DNA from: Octopus sinensis
Lineage: Eukaryota
DNA: 33,584 bases
Direction: 5' to 3'
NCBI RefSeq assembly: GCF_006345805.1
Contig: NW_021832504.1
Coordinates: 1-33,584, forward strand
Below are positions 1-11,367 of this stretch, piece by piece (within the stretch, counting starts at the first letter, position 1; each line of letters starts with the position of its first letter). Below the pieces are notes generated by a model. That model worked only from the letters and a program-made list of their open reading frames with translations. It had not been told where the DNA came from and did no database searches. A program made the position numbers and the translations under genes.

Positions 1-45
1 CCCCGAAACACACTTTACATTCGGCCAAACGGTACTTTCCAGTCT

Positions 46-290
46 TAAGGTTGTACAGAATTTCTCCGTAAACATTTTAACCATAGATAAATATCGCCGT
101 AAAAATTTCGCTGCAAGAAAAATTCGTTATAAGGAAAATTCACCGTATGGACAATAATAAAGCGTATTGTATCAGGAAAGCAATCTTCTAACCACACAGC
201 CACTCCTGCGTCTATTCGGCGAAATTTCTTCAAATGAATTTTCTTACGGCATAAAATGTTTACGGCAAATTTTCTGGATACGCAATCTTA
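46..290. mobile_element. Small foldback/MITE-like element with ~15-bp internal subrepeats, carrying a SINE-A 5' fragment (174-214, minus)
   Basis: ccgtaaacatttta (66-79) is the exact reverse complement of taaaatgtttacgg (252-265), and the flanks pair imperfectly. There are repeated aatttcgccgta-like units. 174-214 matches the reverse-complemented SINE-A head (accacacagccactcctgcg). Confidence 0.4.
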
Positions 291-489
291 CATCATTCAT
301 GAAATCTCGGGAAAATGAAAGAATTATTAGAGAATGGCCAATTATCAGCTGCAGAAGACAACGACCAGATCTAAAAAGATTCATCACAAAGGCAAATATT
401 CATCTCTTCTGGAGTTCTATAAATTCGGTGTCCTGCCCTTTTAGTAGAGTAATGTCACTGCTATCGTTTATGCAGGTTGGTCTTTCATG

Positions 490-1141
490 TCATTGTTATT
501 GTTGTTGCTGATGACGATGATGATGATGGTGATTACGATGAGGAGGAAGTGGAAAAAGATAGACGAGGATAAGGAAATTTGGAAGAAGGGGAGGTGGATT
601 AGGCTGATAGTGATGAAGGTGATGACGTTCAGGATGATCACAAAGAGGAGAATGGAGATGAAGGGGAATTTGACGAGTATAACGATGGAGAAGATAACGA
701 TGATAATGATGATGGTGACGATGACGACGATGACGATGACGATGATGCTGATGATGGTGACGACGACGACAACGATGACGATGATGATGATGATGATGAA
801 GGTGATAGTAATATCGATCATAATCGTGACGACGTTGATGGCGATGGTGATGATGGTGATGATACTGATGATGATGATGGTGATGAGGATGATGGTGATG
901 GTGGTGGCGGTGGTAGTGGCAGTGATGATGATGACAATGACGACAATGACGACGATGACGACAATGATAATAATGATGTTGATGATAATAACGGTGGATG
1001 TGGTGGTGACGCTGCTGCTACTACTGCTGATGGTGATGATGCCAATGGTGCTGATCAAGATGATGATGATGATGATGATGATGATGACGATGATGATGAC
1101 GATGATGATGATGGTGATGATGATGATGACGATGATGATGG
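490..1141. repeat. Long degenerate (GAT/GAC/GGT)n trinucleotide array
   Basis: Directly visible. The poly-M and poly-I ORFs are products of this array. Confidence 0.95.
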
Positions 1142-1267
1142 GGATGTTTTTGTCTTGTGTCCCAATTTTTCCTAGAAATCTTGACATATTTTAACCTTTT
1201 TTTCTTTTCTCTGATATATCTCTTCGTAAAAAAAAATAATTTCGTTTCCCAATTTCTTTTCCTTATT

Positions 1268-1281
1268 CCACCACCATCACC

Positions 1282-1315
<34 letters not shown>

Positions 1316-1375
1316 TTTCTACTACTACTACTACTACTACTAGTAGTAGTAGTAGTAGTACTGCTGCTGCTACTA
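1268..1375. repeat. (CCA)n-(CTA)n-(TAG)n compound microsatellite
   Basis: Directly visible. Confidence 0.95.
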
Positions 1376-1494
1376 CTCCAGTTTCTTCACTTAGCGGCTT
1401 CCACTTGCTTCTAAGTGACGAAGTATCTGCTCGGGTCAACACGTCTTATTGAATTAGTGTCTGCAAAGTCTGACGTCTGCTGTAACATTAGTGA

Positions 1495-1558
1495 AGGTGG
1501 TGGTGGTGGCCGCGGTAGGAGGGGATGGTCGAGGTGGTGGGAACGCTGGGGGGTGGAT

Positions 1559-1589
<31 letters not shown>

Positions 1590-1925
1590 GTGTTGGCAAT
1601 GCTACTAGTGGTGGTGGTGGTAATACTTGCGTGGTAGTAGTAGTAGTAGTAGTAGTTGAAGAAATTAAGTAATGATGATGATGGTGGTGGTGGTGGTGGT
1701 GGTGGTGGTGGTGACGAGTGGCGGTGTAGTGTTGATGGCGATGAAATGTGGCGGACATAGTGGGAGTGGTGGCGATGCTGGAGGCGGAGTCGTTGCCGTT
1801 GTTGGTCGATGCTGGTAGTGGTGAAAGATGGTGATGGAAGGGGTGGCGGTATTGCAAATGGTGGCACTGAAGGTGGTGAGGCGGCGGCGGCGGCGGCGGT
1901 GGTTGGGGTGTTTGGGGTGGTGATG
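1495..1925. repeat. Degenerate (GGT)/(TAG)/(GGC) trinucleotide low-complexity region
   Basis: Directly visible runs separated by short unique stretches. Confidence 0.85.
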
Positions 1926-2283
1926 GAGCTGCTGGAGGAAGTATTGGTGAAAACTTCTAACGCTAAATTGCAATATATGGAATTCAAGCAAAAAAAACAA
2001 AACAAAGTAGAATATGACTAGCCTCACACATATACATCATCTACATATACATATCTTCATGGATACACAGACACACACACACCAACATACACCGAGATAC
2101 ACACACACACACATAAAGGAATATATTTTAATAAATATGCCTTGAGTTATGTTTAATCCAGTTTGTCTTAATAACATTATATAAATTGATATTACTCTCA
2201 GCTTTGCGTTTATCACGCTCTTTTGAAAACTCTTGCATGAAAATACATTCGTCTTGTTTAATTTTGAAAAATATTTATAATTC

Positions 2284-2324
<41 letters not shown>

Positions 2325-2514
2325 TATGCTAGCCGAAATCCACCCTCAGGGAGGTTTTCTGTTAGTCATTATAATAAAGATATACTGTTTTAGGTGGCAG
2401 AAAAGACGCACGGGCATGGTAGACGCTCTCCAATTTTAGAATTGCATATTCAGGGAAAAAAACGAAGTTTTTAGTGCGTTAAAGCATGTAATGTTAGCTT
2501 ATAGAAAGGCTGTA

Positions 2515-2932
2515 GAGCTGGCAGAATCGTTACCACGCTGGGCAAAATATCTAGCGGTATTTTGCTCGTTTTAATGGTATGAGTTCAAATTCCGCCTAGG
2601 CCTAGGTAGACTTTGCTTTTCATCCTTTCAGCATCGATGAAAATAAGTACCAGTTGATGCCTGGAATCGACGTAATTGACTTGGTCCCGCTTCCGAAACT
2701 TGAAACCAAATTTAGCCGATGAAAAGGCGGCAAGCTAGCAGAACCGTTAGCGCGCTCGACAAAATATTTAGCGACATTTTGCCCGTCTTTACATTCAGAG
2801 CTCAAATTCCGCCGAGGTCGATTTTGCCTTTCATCCTTTCAGAGTACGATAAAATAAGTACCAGTTAAGCACTGGGGTAAATGTAATTAATTATCCCCTC
2901 CCTCCAAATTTCAGGCTTTGCACCAATAGTAA
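2515..2932 (+). mobile_element. Two tandem SINE-B copies (tRNA-derived, Meta-domain-like core)
   Basis: A-box-like gagctggcagaatcgtta, B-box gagttcaaattcc and core gactttgcctttcatcctttc...gataaaataagtaccag each occur twice. Confidence 0.85.
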
Positions 2933-3051
2933 AAAGTAATATCAGCTTATGTAAGACCCAAATCTGCAGAAAGGACCCGGTTGATTTTTTTTGGAAAAGA
3001 AACTCCATCTTATATGCTATCAAATATTGGTAGATTATATATAATATATAT

Positions 3052-3191
3052 AAGCTTGCTTCCCAACCACATGGTTCCGGGTTCAGTCCTACTGCGTGGA
3101 ACCTTGGGCAAGTGTATTCTACGTTAGCCTCGGATCGATCAAATCCTTGTGAGTAGATTTGGCAGACGGAAACTGAAAGAAATCCGTCGTG
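3052..3191 (+). mobile_element. SINE-A 5' half (tRNA-derived, CORE-like)
   Basis: aagcttgcttcccaaccacatggttccgggttcagtcc...ccttgggcaagtgt...gacggaaactgaaagaa, shared with many copies in the window. Confidence 0.85.
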
Positions 3192-3413
3192 TATATATAT
3201 ATATTATATATATATAATATATATATGCTAGCCGAAATCCACCCTCAGGGAGGTTTTCTGTTAGTCATTATAATAAAGATATACTGTTTTAGGTGGCAGA
3301 AAAGACGCACGGGCATGGTAGACGCTCTCCAATTTTAGAATTGCATATTCAGGGAAAAAAACGAAGTTTTTAGTGCGTTAAAGCATGTAATGTTAGCTTA
3401 TAGAAAGGCTGTA

Positions 3414-3831
3414 GAGCTGGCAGAATCGTTACCACGCTGGGCAAAATATCTAGCGGTATTTTGCTCGTTTTAATGGTATGAGTTCAAATTCCGCCTAGGC
3501 CTAGGTAGACTTTGCTTTTCATCCTTTCAGCATCGATGAAAATAAGTACCAGTTGATGCCTGGAATCGACGTAATTGACTTGGTCCCGCTTCCGAAACTT
3601 GAAACCAAATTTAGCCGATGAAAAGGCGGCAAGCTAGCAGAACCGTTAGCGCGCTCGACAAAATATTTAGCGACATTTTGCCCGTCTTTACATTCAGAGC
3701 TCAAATTCCGCCGAGGTCGATTTTGCCTTTCATCCTTTCAGAGTACGATAAAATAAGTACCAGTTAAGCACTGGGGTAAATGTAATTAATTATCCCCTCC
3801 CTCCAAATTTCAGGCTTTGCACCAATAGTAA
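3414..3831 (+). mobile_element. Two tandem SINE-B copies (duplicate of 2515-2932)
   Basis: Part of the tandem duplication. Confidence 0.85.
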
Positions 3832-3951
3832 AAAGTAATATCAGCTTATGTAAGACCCAAATCTGCAGAAAGGACCCGGGTTGATTTTTTTTGAAAAGAA
3901 ACTCCATCTTATATGCTATCAAATATTGGTAGATTATATATAAATATATAT

Positions 3952-4088
3952 AAGCTTGCTTCCCAACCACATGGTTCCGGGTTCAGTCCTACTGCGTGGA
4001 ACCTTGGGCAAGTGTATTCTACGTTAGCCTCGGATCGATCAAATCCTTGTGAGTAGATTTGGCAGACGGAAACTGAAAGAAATCCGTC

Positions 4089-4091
<3 letters not shown>
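3952..4091 (+). mobile_element. SINE-A 5' half (duplicate of 3052-3191)
   Basis: Part of the tandem duplication. Confidence 0.85.
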
Positions 4092-4123
<32 letters not shown>

Positions 4124-4124
<1 letters not shown>

Positions 4125-4353
4125 TGTTGAGTCTGAGAATAGTCAGTCTCTTTTGGTGCCTTATAATTTAACTCACTCACCGGTAAAATTTCCACTTATT
4201 TCTTTTTTATTTTTCTAAAATTTTCTGAAAAGTTTGCAAGACGCAACAAAAATTAAGAAATAAAAACATTTTTTTAAATTAGTGGAAATTTTACCGGTGA
4301 GTATATTAAATTATGAGGCATTAAAAGAGAATGACTTTCCCCAGACACAACAG
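4124..4353. mobile_element. Foldback element with ~75-bp imperfect inverted arms, abutting (TA)n
   Basis: actcaccggtaaaatttccact (4175-4196) and agtggaaattttaccggtgagt (4281-4302) form a perfect 22-bp inverted pair. Pairing extends imperfectly to the ctgttg/caacag ends. Confidence 0.8.
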
Positions 4354-4368
4354 AACATGCTTCAACAC

Positions 4369-4631
4369 CTGTGTTAGCAGCGCGATTCAACCACTTTTTA
4401 CAGTTATATCTACAAATGTTTTATAATTTAAGCAATGTGTTCGCGGATGGCTAATGGGTTGGATGTGGTGCTGAAGAATGGACAACAACTTCTGAAATAA
4501 GCATATACAACCTTTACGCATTTTTCATTGTTTACTTAGACGTATTCGTAACTTCCAATGCTGGCTCTAGTTTCTGTGCAAAACCCGTAGAGATAACTTT
4601 AAAAAGTGATTGAATCGCACTGCTAACACAG
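4369..4631. mobile_element. Inverted-terminus element (family H) with hammerhead-like core
   Basis: ctgtgttagcagcgcgattcaaccactttttacagttatatctac (4369-4413) pairs with 4587-4631. Internal CTGAAGA-N16-GAAA at 4471-4497. Confidence 0.7.
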
Positions 4632-4724
4632 TGGGACGCACTATTGACTTATAAAAACGTTTAATATACTTTATAGTATATAATAGTTGCATAACGAAAC
4701 ACAGTGTCTCTATCAGCAATTAAT

Positions 4725-5010
4725 GTGTACGTACCAGTTGCCAGGACTGTGTTTAATATGTAAAAAATGTGTATATCCAATTGTGTTACACCGCTATATT
4801 CGGTGTTTAAGCAATGTGTTCATGGATGGTTAATGGGTTGGATGTAGCGCTGAAGAGGGAGCAAGAAATCCTGAAATATGTATATACACCTATTATCTAT
4901 TTTTCTATCTTCGATCACTGCTTACATAGATGTATTCGTCTACAAAACGTCGTAACTTCCAGTGCTGGTTCTAAATTCTATAGAAAACCCGTAGAAATAA
5001 CTTTAAAAAA
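4725..5010 (+). mobile_element. Second family-H copy
   Basis: tttaagcaatgtgttc...ggatgtagcgctgaagag...aaaacccgtagaaataactttaaaaa aligns with 4427-4605 and with 32750-32975. Confidence 0.75.
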
Positions 5011-5725
5011 ACATTATAAATGGTTTTGACAATAATGTCATGCCTCATACGAAGGTAGAATTCTGCAGAGATTTTGGGCAGTTTTTGGTGAAGAGGATGG
5101 TATCTCCCACATTCGAGTAGCGCAATAGACATTTTTGTTATCACATGAAAGTTTGCAGGCATCCTTATCTCATGAATTGATCAAGTATTTAGAAGCTAAC
5201 TTTTGACGCATGCGTTTCCATCTAGCAGACATATTATATATCTATGTATGCATATATGTATGGATGCATGCATGCGTGAATATATATATATGTATGGTTG
5301 CATGCTCTTGTACATGTATGTATGTATGTATATAATATTTGTGTATGTACATATATATATGTTTTGAGGGTCGTTTTTGTCATTCTTCGAATTCCTTGAA
5401 TAATGAAGTTGGCTGATCTCTAACAAAGAAACCAATCTCCTTCATTGGAATTTAAATGTGGAAAGTATAAAGTTACAAGCTGGATTTTAGGAAAGTTTTA
5501 CACATTCTCACTATTCCTATAACAGATGGTATCTGTTGAAATCATGATTGTTTACTTTCACTCAGATCCCATCTTTTCCGAATTATTCCTTAAAAATCTT
5601 TGTAACACAAAGAAGTTGTGGTCACAAATGTAAGTTTATAATCTGGGTAGACGGGATAAATGTATCGAAGCAGTTCATCATGTATGTTCGCATATTCAGT
5701 AATTTTCAACGAAATGTTTATATCC

Positions 5726-5890
5726 AGGCGTATGCGTGGTTATGAGGTTAAGAAACTCGCTTTGCAAACGCGTGATTTCTGGTTCAATCCCATTGCATGT
5801 TACCTTGAGTAAGTGTCTTATACTGCAGTCCTAGACAGATTAATGTCTTGTGAGTGAATTTAACAAACGGAAATGTGTGGAAACCCATCA
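5726..5890 (+). mobile_element. Diverged SINE-A 5' half followed by (CA)n
   Basis: ggttaagaaactcgctttgc...ggttcaatcccattgc...ccttgagtaagtgtc...aaacggaaat. Confidence 0.75.
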
Positions 5891-5898
5891 CACACACA

Positions 5899-5967
<69 letters not shown>

Positions 5968-5970
5968 CTT

Positions 5971-6364
5971 ATACAAGATAAGAAAATGGAGAAATACATC
6001 TAAATCAAATATCAATTACCAGATAATACTCAATCACATACTTTATTAAACCACCACATAAGAGACTGTAGGGTTAAATATAAAAAGCAGAACAAATCAG
6101 TGTACAGAAAGGAATGTACACAAAAAAGTGTACATTAAAGAGTAATGTTGTATAATAAGTAGAATATATATTCTACTTATTATACAACATTACTCTTTAA
6201 TGTACACTTTTTTGTGTACATTCCTTTCTGTACACTGATTTGTTCTGCTTTTTATATTTAACCCTACAGTCTCTTATGTGGTGGTTTAATAAAGTATGTG
6301 ATTGAGTATTATCTGGTAATTGATATTTGATTTAGATGTATTTCTCCATTTTCTTATCTTGTAT
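5971..6364. repeat. Perfect spacerless 394-bp palindrome (197-bp arms, centre 6167/6168)
   Basis: Checked by eye at the centre (agaatat|atattct), mid-arm (6061-6068 vs 6267-6274) and ends (atacaag / cttgtat). No mismatch seen. Confidence 0.95.
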
Positions 6365-6580
6365 TAGTAATTTGTGGTAAATCATTTTACCTTTGCCCAT
6401 ATAATACAGTAAATGAATTGATTGCATCGCAATCATTAACATTTATGTATTAACTTTGGTGGGTACTTCACTAGCAGTATATTGGATTTACGTTATCCCA
6501 TAGAGGGTTGCATTTACAACCCCTATCTCAATTTGTATATATACTTATTATATTTACACGCACACATATATATATATACT

Positions 6581-6783
6581 TGTTATTTTATTTGTTTTAG
6601 TCAGTTGACTGCGGCCATGTTGGAGCACCGTCTTTAGTCGAATAAATCGCCCCCAGGACTTATTCTAACGATTTCTATTACCGAACCGCTAAGTTACGGT
6701 GACGTAAACACACCAACATTGGTTGTCAAGTGATGGAAGGGGACAAACACAAACACATAAATACATGTATACATACATACACA

Positions 6784-6832
<49 letters not shown>

Positions 6833-7053
6833 CACACACCACACACACACATATATATATATTATATTATTATTGTAGTATATGTATTGTATGTATGTAT
6901 GTATGTATGCGATGGAATTCTTTCAGTTTCACCAGGGTTTGATCGGCTCGAGGCTATAGTGGAAGACACTTGTCCGAAGTGCCTCGCAGTGAGTCTGAAC
7001 CTGGAACCACACGGTTAGGAAGTAAGATTCTTACCACACAGCCACTCCTGCGC
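6581..7053 (-). mobile_element. Near full-length SINE-A with internal (CA)/(TA) microsatellite
   Basis: Tail gactgcggccatgttggagcacc at left and head cttaccacacagccactcctgcgc at right. Confidence 0.9.
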
Positions 7054-7559
7054 GTGTATACATGCATATATATATATGCATACATGTATGTGCGCGTTTG
7101 TGTTTGTGTGTACGTATTCATGTATGGTTATGACTTTAAACCATTATCCAATGACTGAAATAAGTGAAAGATAAAAGATGGGTTTCTGTAGAACATCAAC
7201 ATTTAATACTCGAATTCAATCATAAGATTTCCGTTGCGTCTTTTTCTTGTGCTTTGCAACTTTCCCACAGCTCAGTAAAAGCTTCAGGGCTTGTAAAGGT
7301 TATTGTTTAAATCTCTGAGATTAGTTGCTATTAATAAGAACATAATTTATTATAAAATAATTTTAAGCGACTGAACCAGTATTACTAATACCAAAAGGTA
7401 ATCTTGATTTCTAACTTAACGTGGGAGTTATGTTAACGCACAGAATATTGTACTGTTTACGATGAGCAGCTTTATCATAAGGATTCGTGCTGCTTAAAAG
7501 CACTCGTTTTTATATCGTTACAGACGAGAATCGCCTGCTTCGGCCGTCAGACTTGCCAG

Positions 7560-7597
7560 ATCACACGATTTCCCCCGTCCATGGGTTCTTCAGTGAT
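7560..7597 (-). ncRNA. Degenerate minimal hammerhead-ribozyme-like motif
   Basis: Minus strand reads atca-CTGAAGA-a-CCC-atggacg-GGG-GAAA-tcg-TG-tgat. Stems I and II pair, but the cleavage-site base is G, which is non-permissive. Confidence 0.45.
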
Positions 7598-8164
7598 AGA
7601 TGTCCAGTAAAAAGTAATTCATTATGCTTTATTATATTTATTATGATTTATTTACCTCATCTATTGCGATGGAAAATATTTCTATATTTACACCTACACT
7701 ACTATTATGATATCAAGTGGAAACATGACAACAACTGAATTAGCCAATGGAAAGAGAACGTAGATTAACAATTTCATTGTATCAGAATGTGATAATGAAA
7801 TCGTGAGGCCGAACTAGAAGTGCTTACCGAATTGATTAATGATCAATGATAACAGTGTAACAATAAGAATAACATAAATCAAAAAATATAAACAAGCGAT
7901 AACTCTAATATAACATAGCAAGCGAACTAATGAAACATACAACAATTAATGAATTGGCAAATGAAATGACAACAACCACAGACAATGTCCAAATTAAAAA
8001 AAACATTTTGAAACGATAGCCACACACAAAGGAATGTACTCGGTGTGTAAAATACGTTCCAAATAGCTTGGTGATTTAAATGGCATGAAACGCGATTCGC
8101 GCAAAAAGATATTAGTTTACATACACACACAAACAAATATCTATATTTATCTTGGTTATATTCA

Positions 8165-8286
8165 CGCATGCATGCATATATATGTATGTATGCATATATT
8201 TATACACAGTGTATATATACATATATAATATGTAATATATATTTATACATACATTTATATATGTATATATATATATATGTAAACGT

Positions 8287-8317
<31 letters not shown>

Positions 8318-8520
8318 ATATATATGTATATATATATACATGTATGCATATATAATAGATGTACAATACATATGATTTGTATATATGTATGTACGCACAT
8401 AGTTGATACACTACATACACCACAAATATATATGTAAACATACACCTGTGCGTGTGTATGAGTATGTGTGTGTTGTGTGTGCGTGTGTGTATGTGTATTA
8501 TGTGTATGTGTGTTTGTATA
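8165..8520. repeat. Degenerate (TA)/(TG) microsatellite
   Basis: Directly visible. Confidence 0.9.
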
Positions 8521-8605
8521 ACTACCTTTCTGTTGCTGTCCACACGGTGTTAATCACGTGCTTCGCGTGACAGCGAACCGGGGCGAATGACTGGGAGGCA
8601 CAAGA

Positions 8606-8690
8606 GGTGGTGTTGGTGGTGTTGGTGGTGGTGGTGGTGGTGGTGGTGGTGGTGGTGGTGGTGGCGGCGGTGGCGGCGGTGGCGGTAGGG
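8606..8690. repeat. (GGT)n/(GGC)n microsatellite
   Basis: Directly visible. Confidence 0.9.
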
Positions 8691-8924
8691 GGGATGAGGT
8701 GAGGCGGTCGGGTGGCAGTTATGGGGGAGGTCTGCGTGGAAAGCAGAACTAATGAATGAGGGAGGGGTGGGGGGAAGGGGGAAACTACAGAAAGGATCAG
8801 TTTTAAACATATCTATATATATATACATGCATTATATACGTGTTTAAACTTACGTATGAGTAGATATACGAATGAATATATGTATGTAATAAACATACAC
8901 ACACACACATATATCTTATATATT

Positions 8925-9182
8925 TAGTGTATGTCATTCATTGGACTGCGGCCATGCTGGAACACCACTTTCAAGGGTTGAGTCACACAAATCGGCCCCA
9001 GTACTTACTATTTTAAAGCCTATTGGTCTCTTTTGCGGAATCCCTAAGTTATGGGGATGTAAACAAACCAGTATTGTCTATCAAATGGTGTTGGAGACAA
9101 GCACAAGAAAACACACAGATACACACACACACACATACACACATACACACATACACACATACACACACACACATACACACAC

Positions 9183-9215
<33 letters not shown>

Positions 9216-9388
9216 ATATATATATATATATACAGCGGGCTTCTATTAAATTTCTGTCTACCAAATTCACTCACAAGGCATCGATTGATCCTGGCCTATC
9301 GTAGAAGACACTTGCTGAATGTGCAGCGATGTGGGACCGAACTCAAGACCAAATGGTTGGAAAGCAAGATTCCTAACCACACAACCAT
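8925..9388 (-). mobile_element. Near full-length SINE-A with internal (CA)/(TA)
   Basis: ttggactgcggccatgctggaacacc...ctaccaaattcactcacaaggc...cctaaccacacaaccat. Confidence 0.88.
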
Positions 9389-9391
9389 ATG

Positions 9392-9450
<59 letters not shown>

Positions 9451-9499
9451 TTAACATTTAAAACATTCGATCAAATTTTTTTTTTAAATTGTACCCTCA

Positions 9500-9838
9500 T
9501 GATAATTACCGATACTTCGTCGGTTACGACGAGGATTGAACAAGTTGATCCAGCCAGCGGAAGAGCCTACTTGTGAAACTAACGTTCAAGTGACTGAGCA
9601 CTCCACAGACACGCATACCCTTGGTGTAGTCCTCAGGGGGGAAGGGGTGGGTGGTGTTCAGCGTGACACTAAATGTGACAAGGCTGGCCTTTTGAAATTA
9701 CAGGTACAACTCATTTTTGCCAGCTAAGTGAACTGGAGCAACGTGAAATAAAGTGTCTTGCTTAAGGACACAACGCCCCACCGGGAATCGAAATCACAGC
9801 CGTTAACCGTATACTCTACCCAGTTAGGCATGCGCCTT
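9500..9838 (-). mobile_element. SINE-D (tRNA-derived, CORE-like body)
   Basis: Minus strand begins ggcgcatg, has a B-box-like ttcgattccc, then ttgtgtccttaagcaagacactttatttcacgttgctccag. Confidence 0.7.
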
Positions 9839-10404
9839 GAGAGCTTCCTGGTAATAACATGAAAATTGAAGGAATTGCAATATAACTTGCGGTGGTACCG
9901 AATCTTGACTGCTGTAATCTTTTCACTAAATCAAACATTGGCCTTCACAGTAATATGTGCTAACCTTTGACAGACAACAGATGCCAACGTTATATTATAA
10001 ACCCAAAAAGGCCCTGCAAGTCCTATAGATAATTCGTAGAATACAAAGTGATATTTTTCTTGATATTGATGTTTTTTCAAGTGATGCGTATTAAATTTAC
10101 AAATCTTTAAAATATTGGTAGCCAACGGAGATTTCAGAGTTCTTTTTGATAGAATAGAGATATATTGTTATTCGGGTCGGCTATTTTCTAAATTCGCCAA
10201 TATCTCACTCTACTTTCTTTCATGAGCGTTGTAATCTATGATTGCACTGGAGACCCTTACACCATCCTATATCGTTTTTGATGGCTTATAAAACGCACAT
10301 TTTCTTTAAAAAGAAAAATAAAAAAGAAAAATGCAGCAAAAAAATCAGGCCGTGTCCTATATGTGAAGTTTGGTCTATATTACATGCTTTAATACATAAA
10401 AACC

Positions 10405-10567
10405 CATTTCGTCTGTCTTTACGTTCTGAGTTCAAGTCCAGCCGGGGTCGACTTTGCCTTTCATCCTTTCGGGGTCGATAAATTAAGTACCAGTTGCTTA
10501 CTGGGGTCGATGTAATCGACAGGTCCCCTCCCCTAAAATTTCGGGCGTTGTGCCTAGTGTAGAAAAG
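10405..10567 (+). mobile_element. 5'-truncated SINE-B
   Basis: tttacgttctgagttcaagtcc...gtcgactttgcctttcatcctttcggggtcgataaattaagtaccag...tagtgtagaaaag. Confidence 0.9.
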
Positions 10568-10854
10568 TATACATAAAAACATCTTTTTCTTTTCCTGAAT
10601 ATGCACTGCTGGGACTGCAATGCGTCAAATACACTGGTGCGGTTCATATACCATCAAATGGGGTAACTGATGGCAATAATTGATTGGAGCGTCCATGCGG
10701 TCATTCACATCGACATGATAGAGATAACAGTTAAATGGCACTCACATCACATTCACTTGTCTAGGGAAATGAAAGGGCACTGCGGGTATCGATGTGTTTG
10801 TCCTCCCGCTGCGGCTTCACAACCGGTGTTGGTTTGTTTACAAACCACTGGTAT

Positions 10855-10979
10855 ACACACACGTACAATGCGCGTAGGCACACACACACGCACGCACGCA
10901 CACACACACACATATACCCCACACACGCACACACACGCACACAATAGACACACACACGCACACACACAAATACACACAA

Positions 10980-11036
<57 letters not shown>

Positions 11037-11137
11037 CGTGAAAGTTTATGAGAATTACTTAATACAGTTTTCGAAGTGTTCAGATGATTATTTTAAATAT
11101 TTAAAAGAAAAAATTTTACATATACATACACACAAAC

Positions 11138-11185
<48 letters not shown>
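10855..11185. repeat. (CA)n microsatellites
   Basis: Directly visible as two tracts. Confidence 0.9.
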
Positions 11186-11187
<2 letters not shown>

Positions 11188-11334
11188 GCACAGGAGTGAC
11201 TGTATTGTAAGAAGCATGGTTCCGGGTTCACTCCCACTGAGTGGCACCATGGGCAAGTGTCTTCACCTAGAGCCTCGGGCCGACCAAAGCCTTGTCATTG
11301 AATTTGACAGATGGAAACTGAAAGAAGCCCATCG

Positions 11335-11367
<33 letters not shown>

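Larger units (their letters stand above)
2328..4091. repeat. Near-identical tandem duplication, period ~899-900 bp (2328-3191 and 3227-4091), units bounded by (TA)n
   Basis: Both units start gctagccgaaatcc and end aatccgtcgtg. Identical ORF translations occur at 2620..2805 and 3519..3704. The only differences I saw are in homopolymer or AT runs. Confidence 0.97.

Noticed and set aside
468-1194. 239-aa and 235-aa ORFs on opposite strands
   Set aside because: These are poly-I and poly-M translations of a (GAT)n array. The more protein-like Asp, Ser and His frames contain stops.
1411-1962. Possible low-complexity (Pro/Ser/Thr/His) minus-strand exon after a pyrimidine tract and tttag
   Set aside because: No recognisable domain, and the open frames are explained by trinucleotide repeats. 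It cannot be excluded without RNA-seq.
5020-5190. Faint mariner-like peptide (DNNVMPHTK)
   Set aside because: Too degenerate. No SPDLAP motif or TIR found.
9850-10130. Possible CR1-like post-RT relic on the minus strand
   Set aside because: Only vague resemblance over a few residues, so not supportable without a search.
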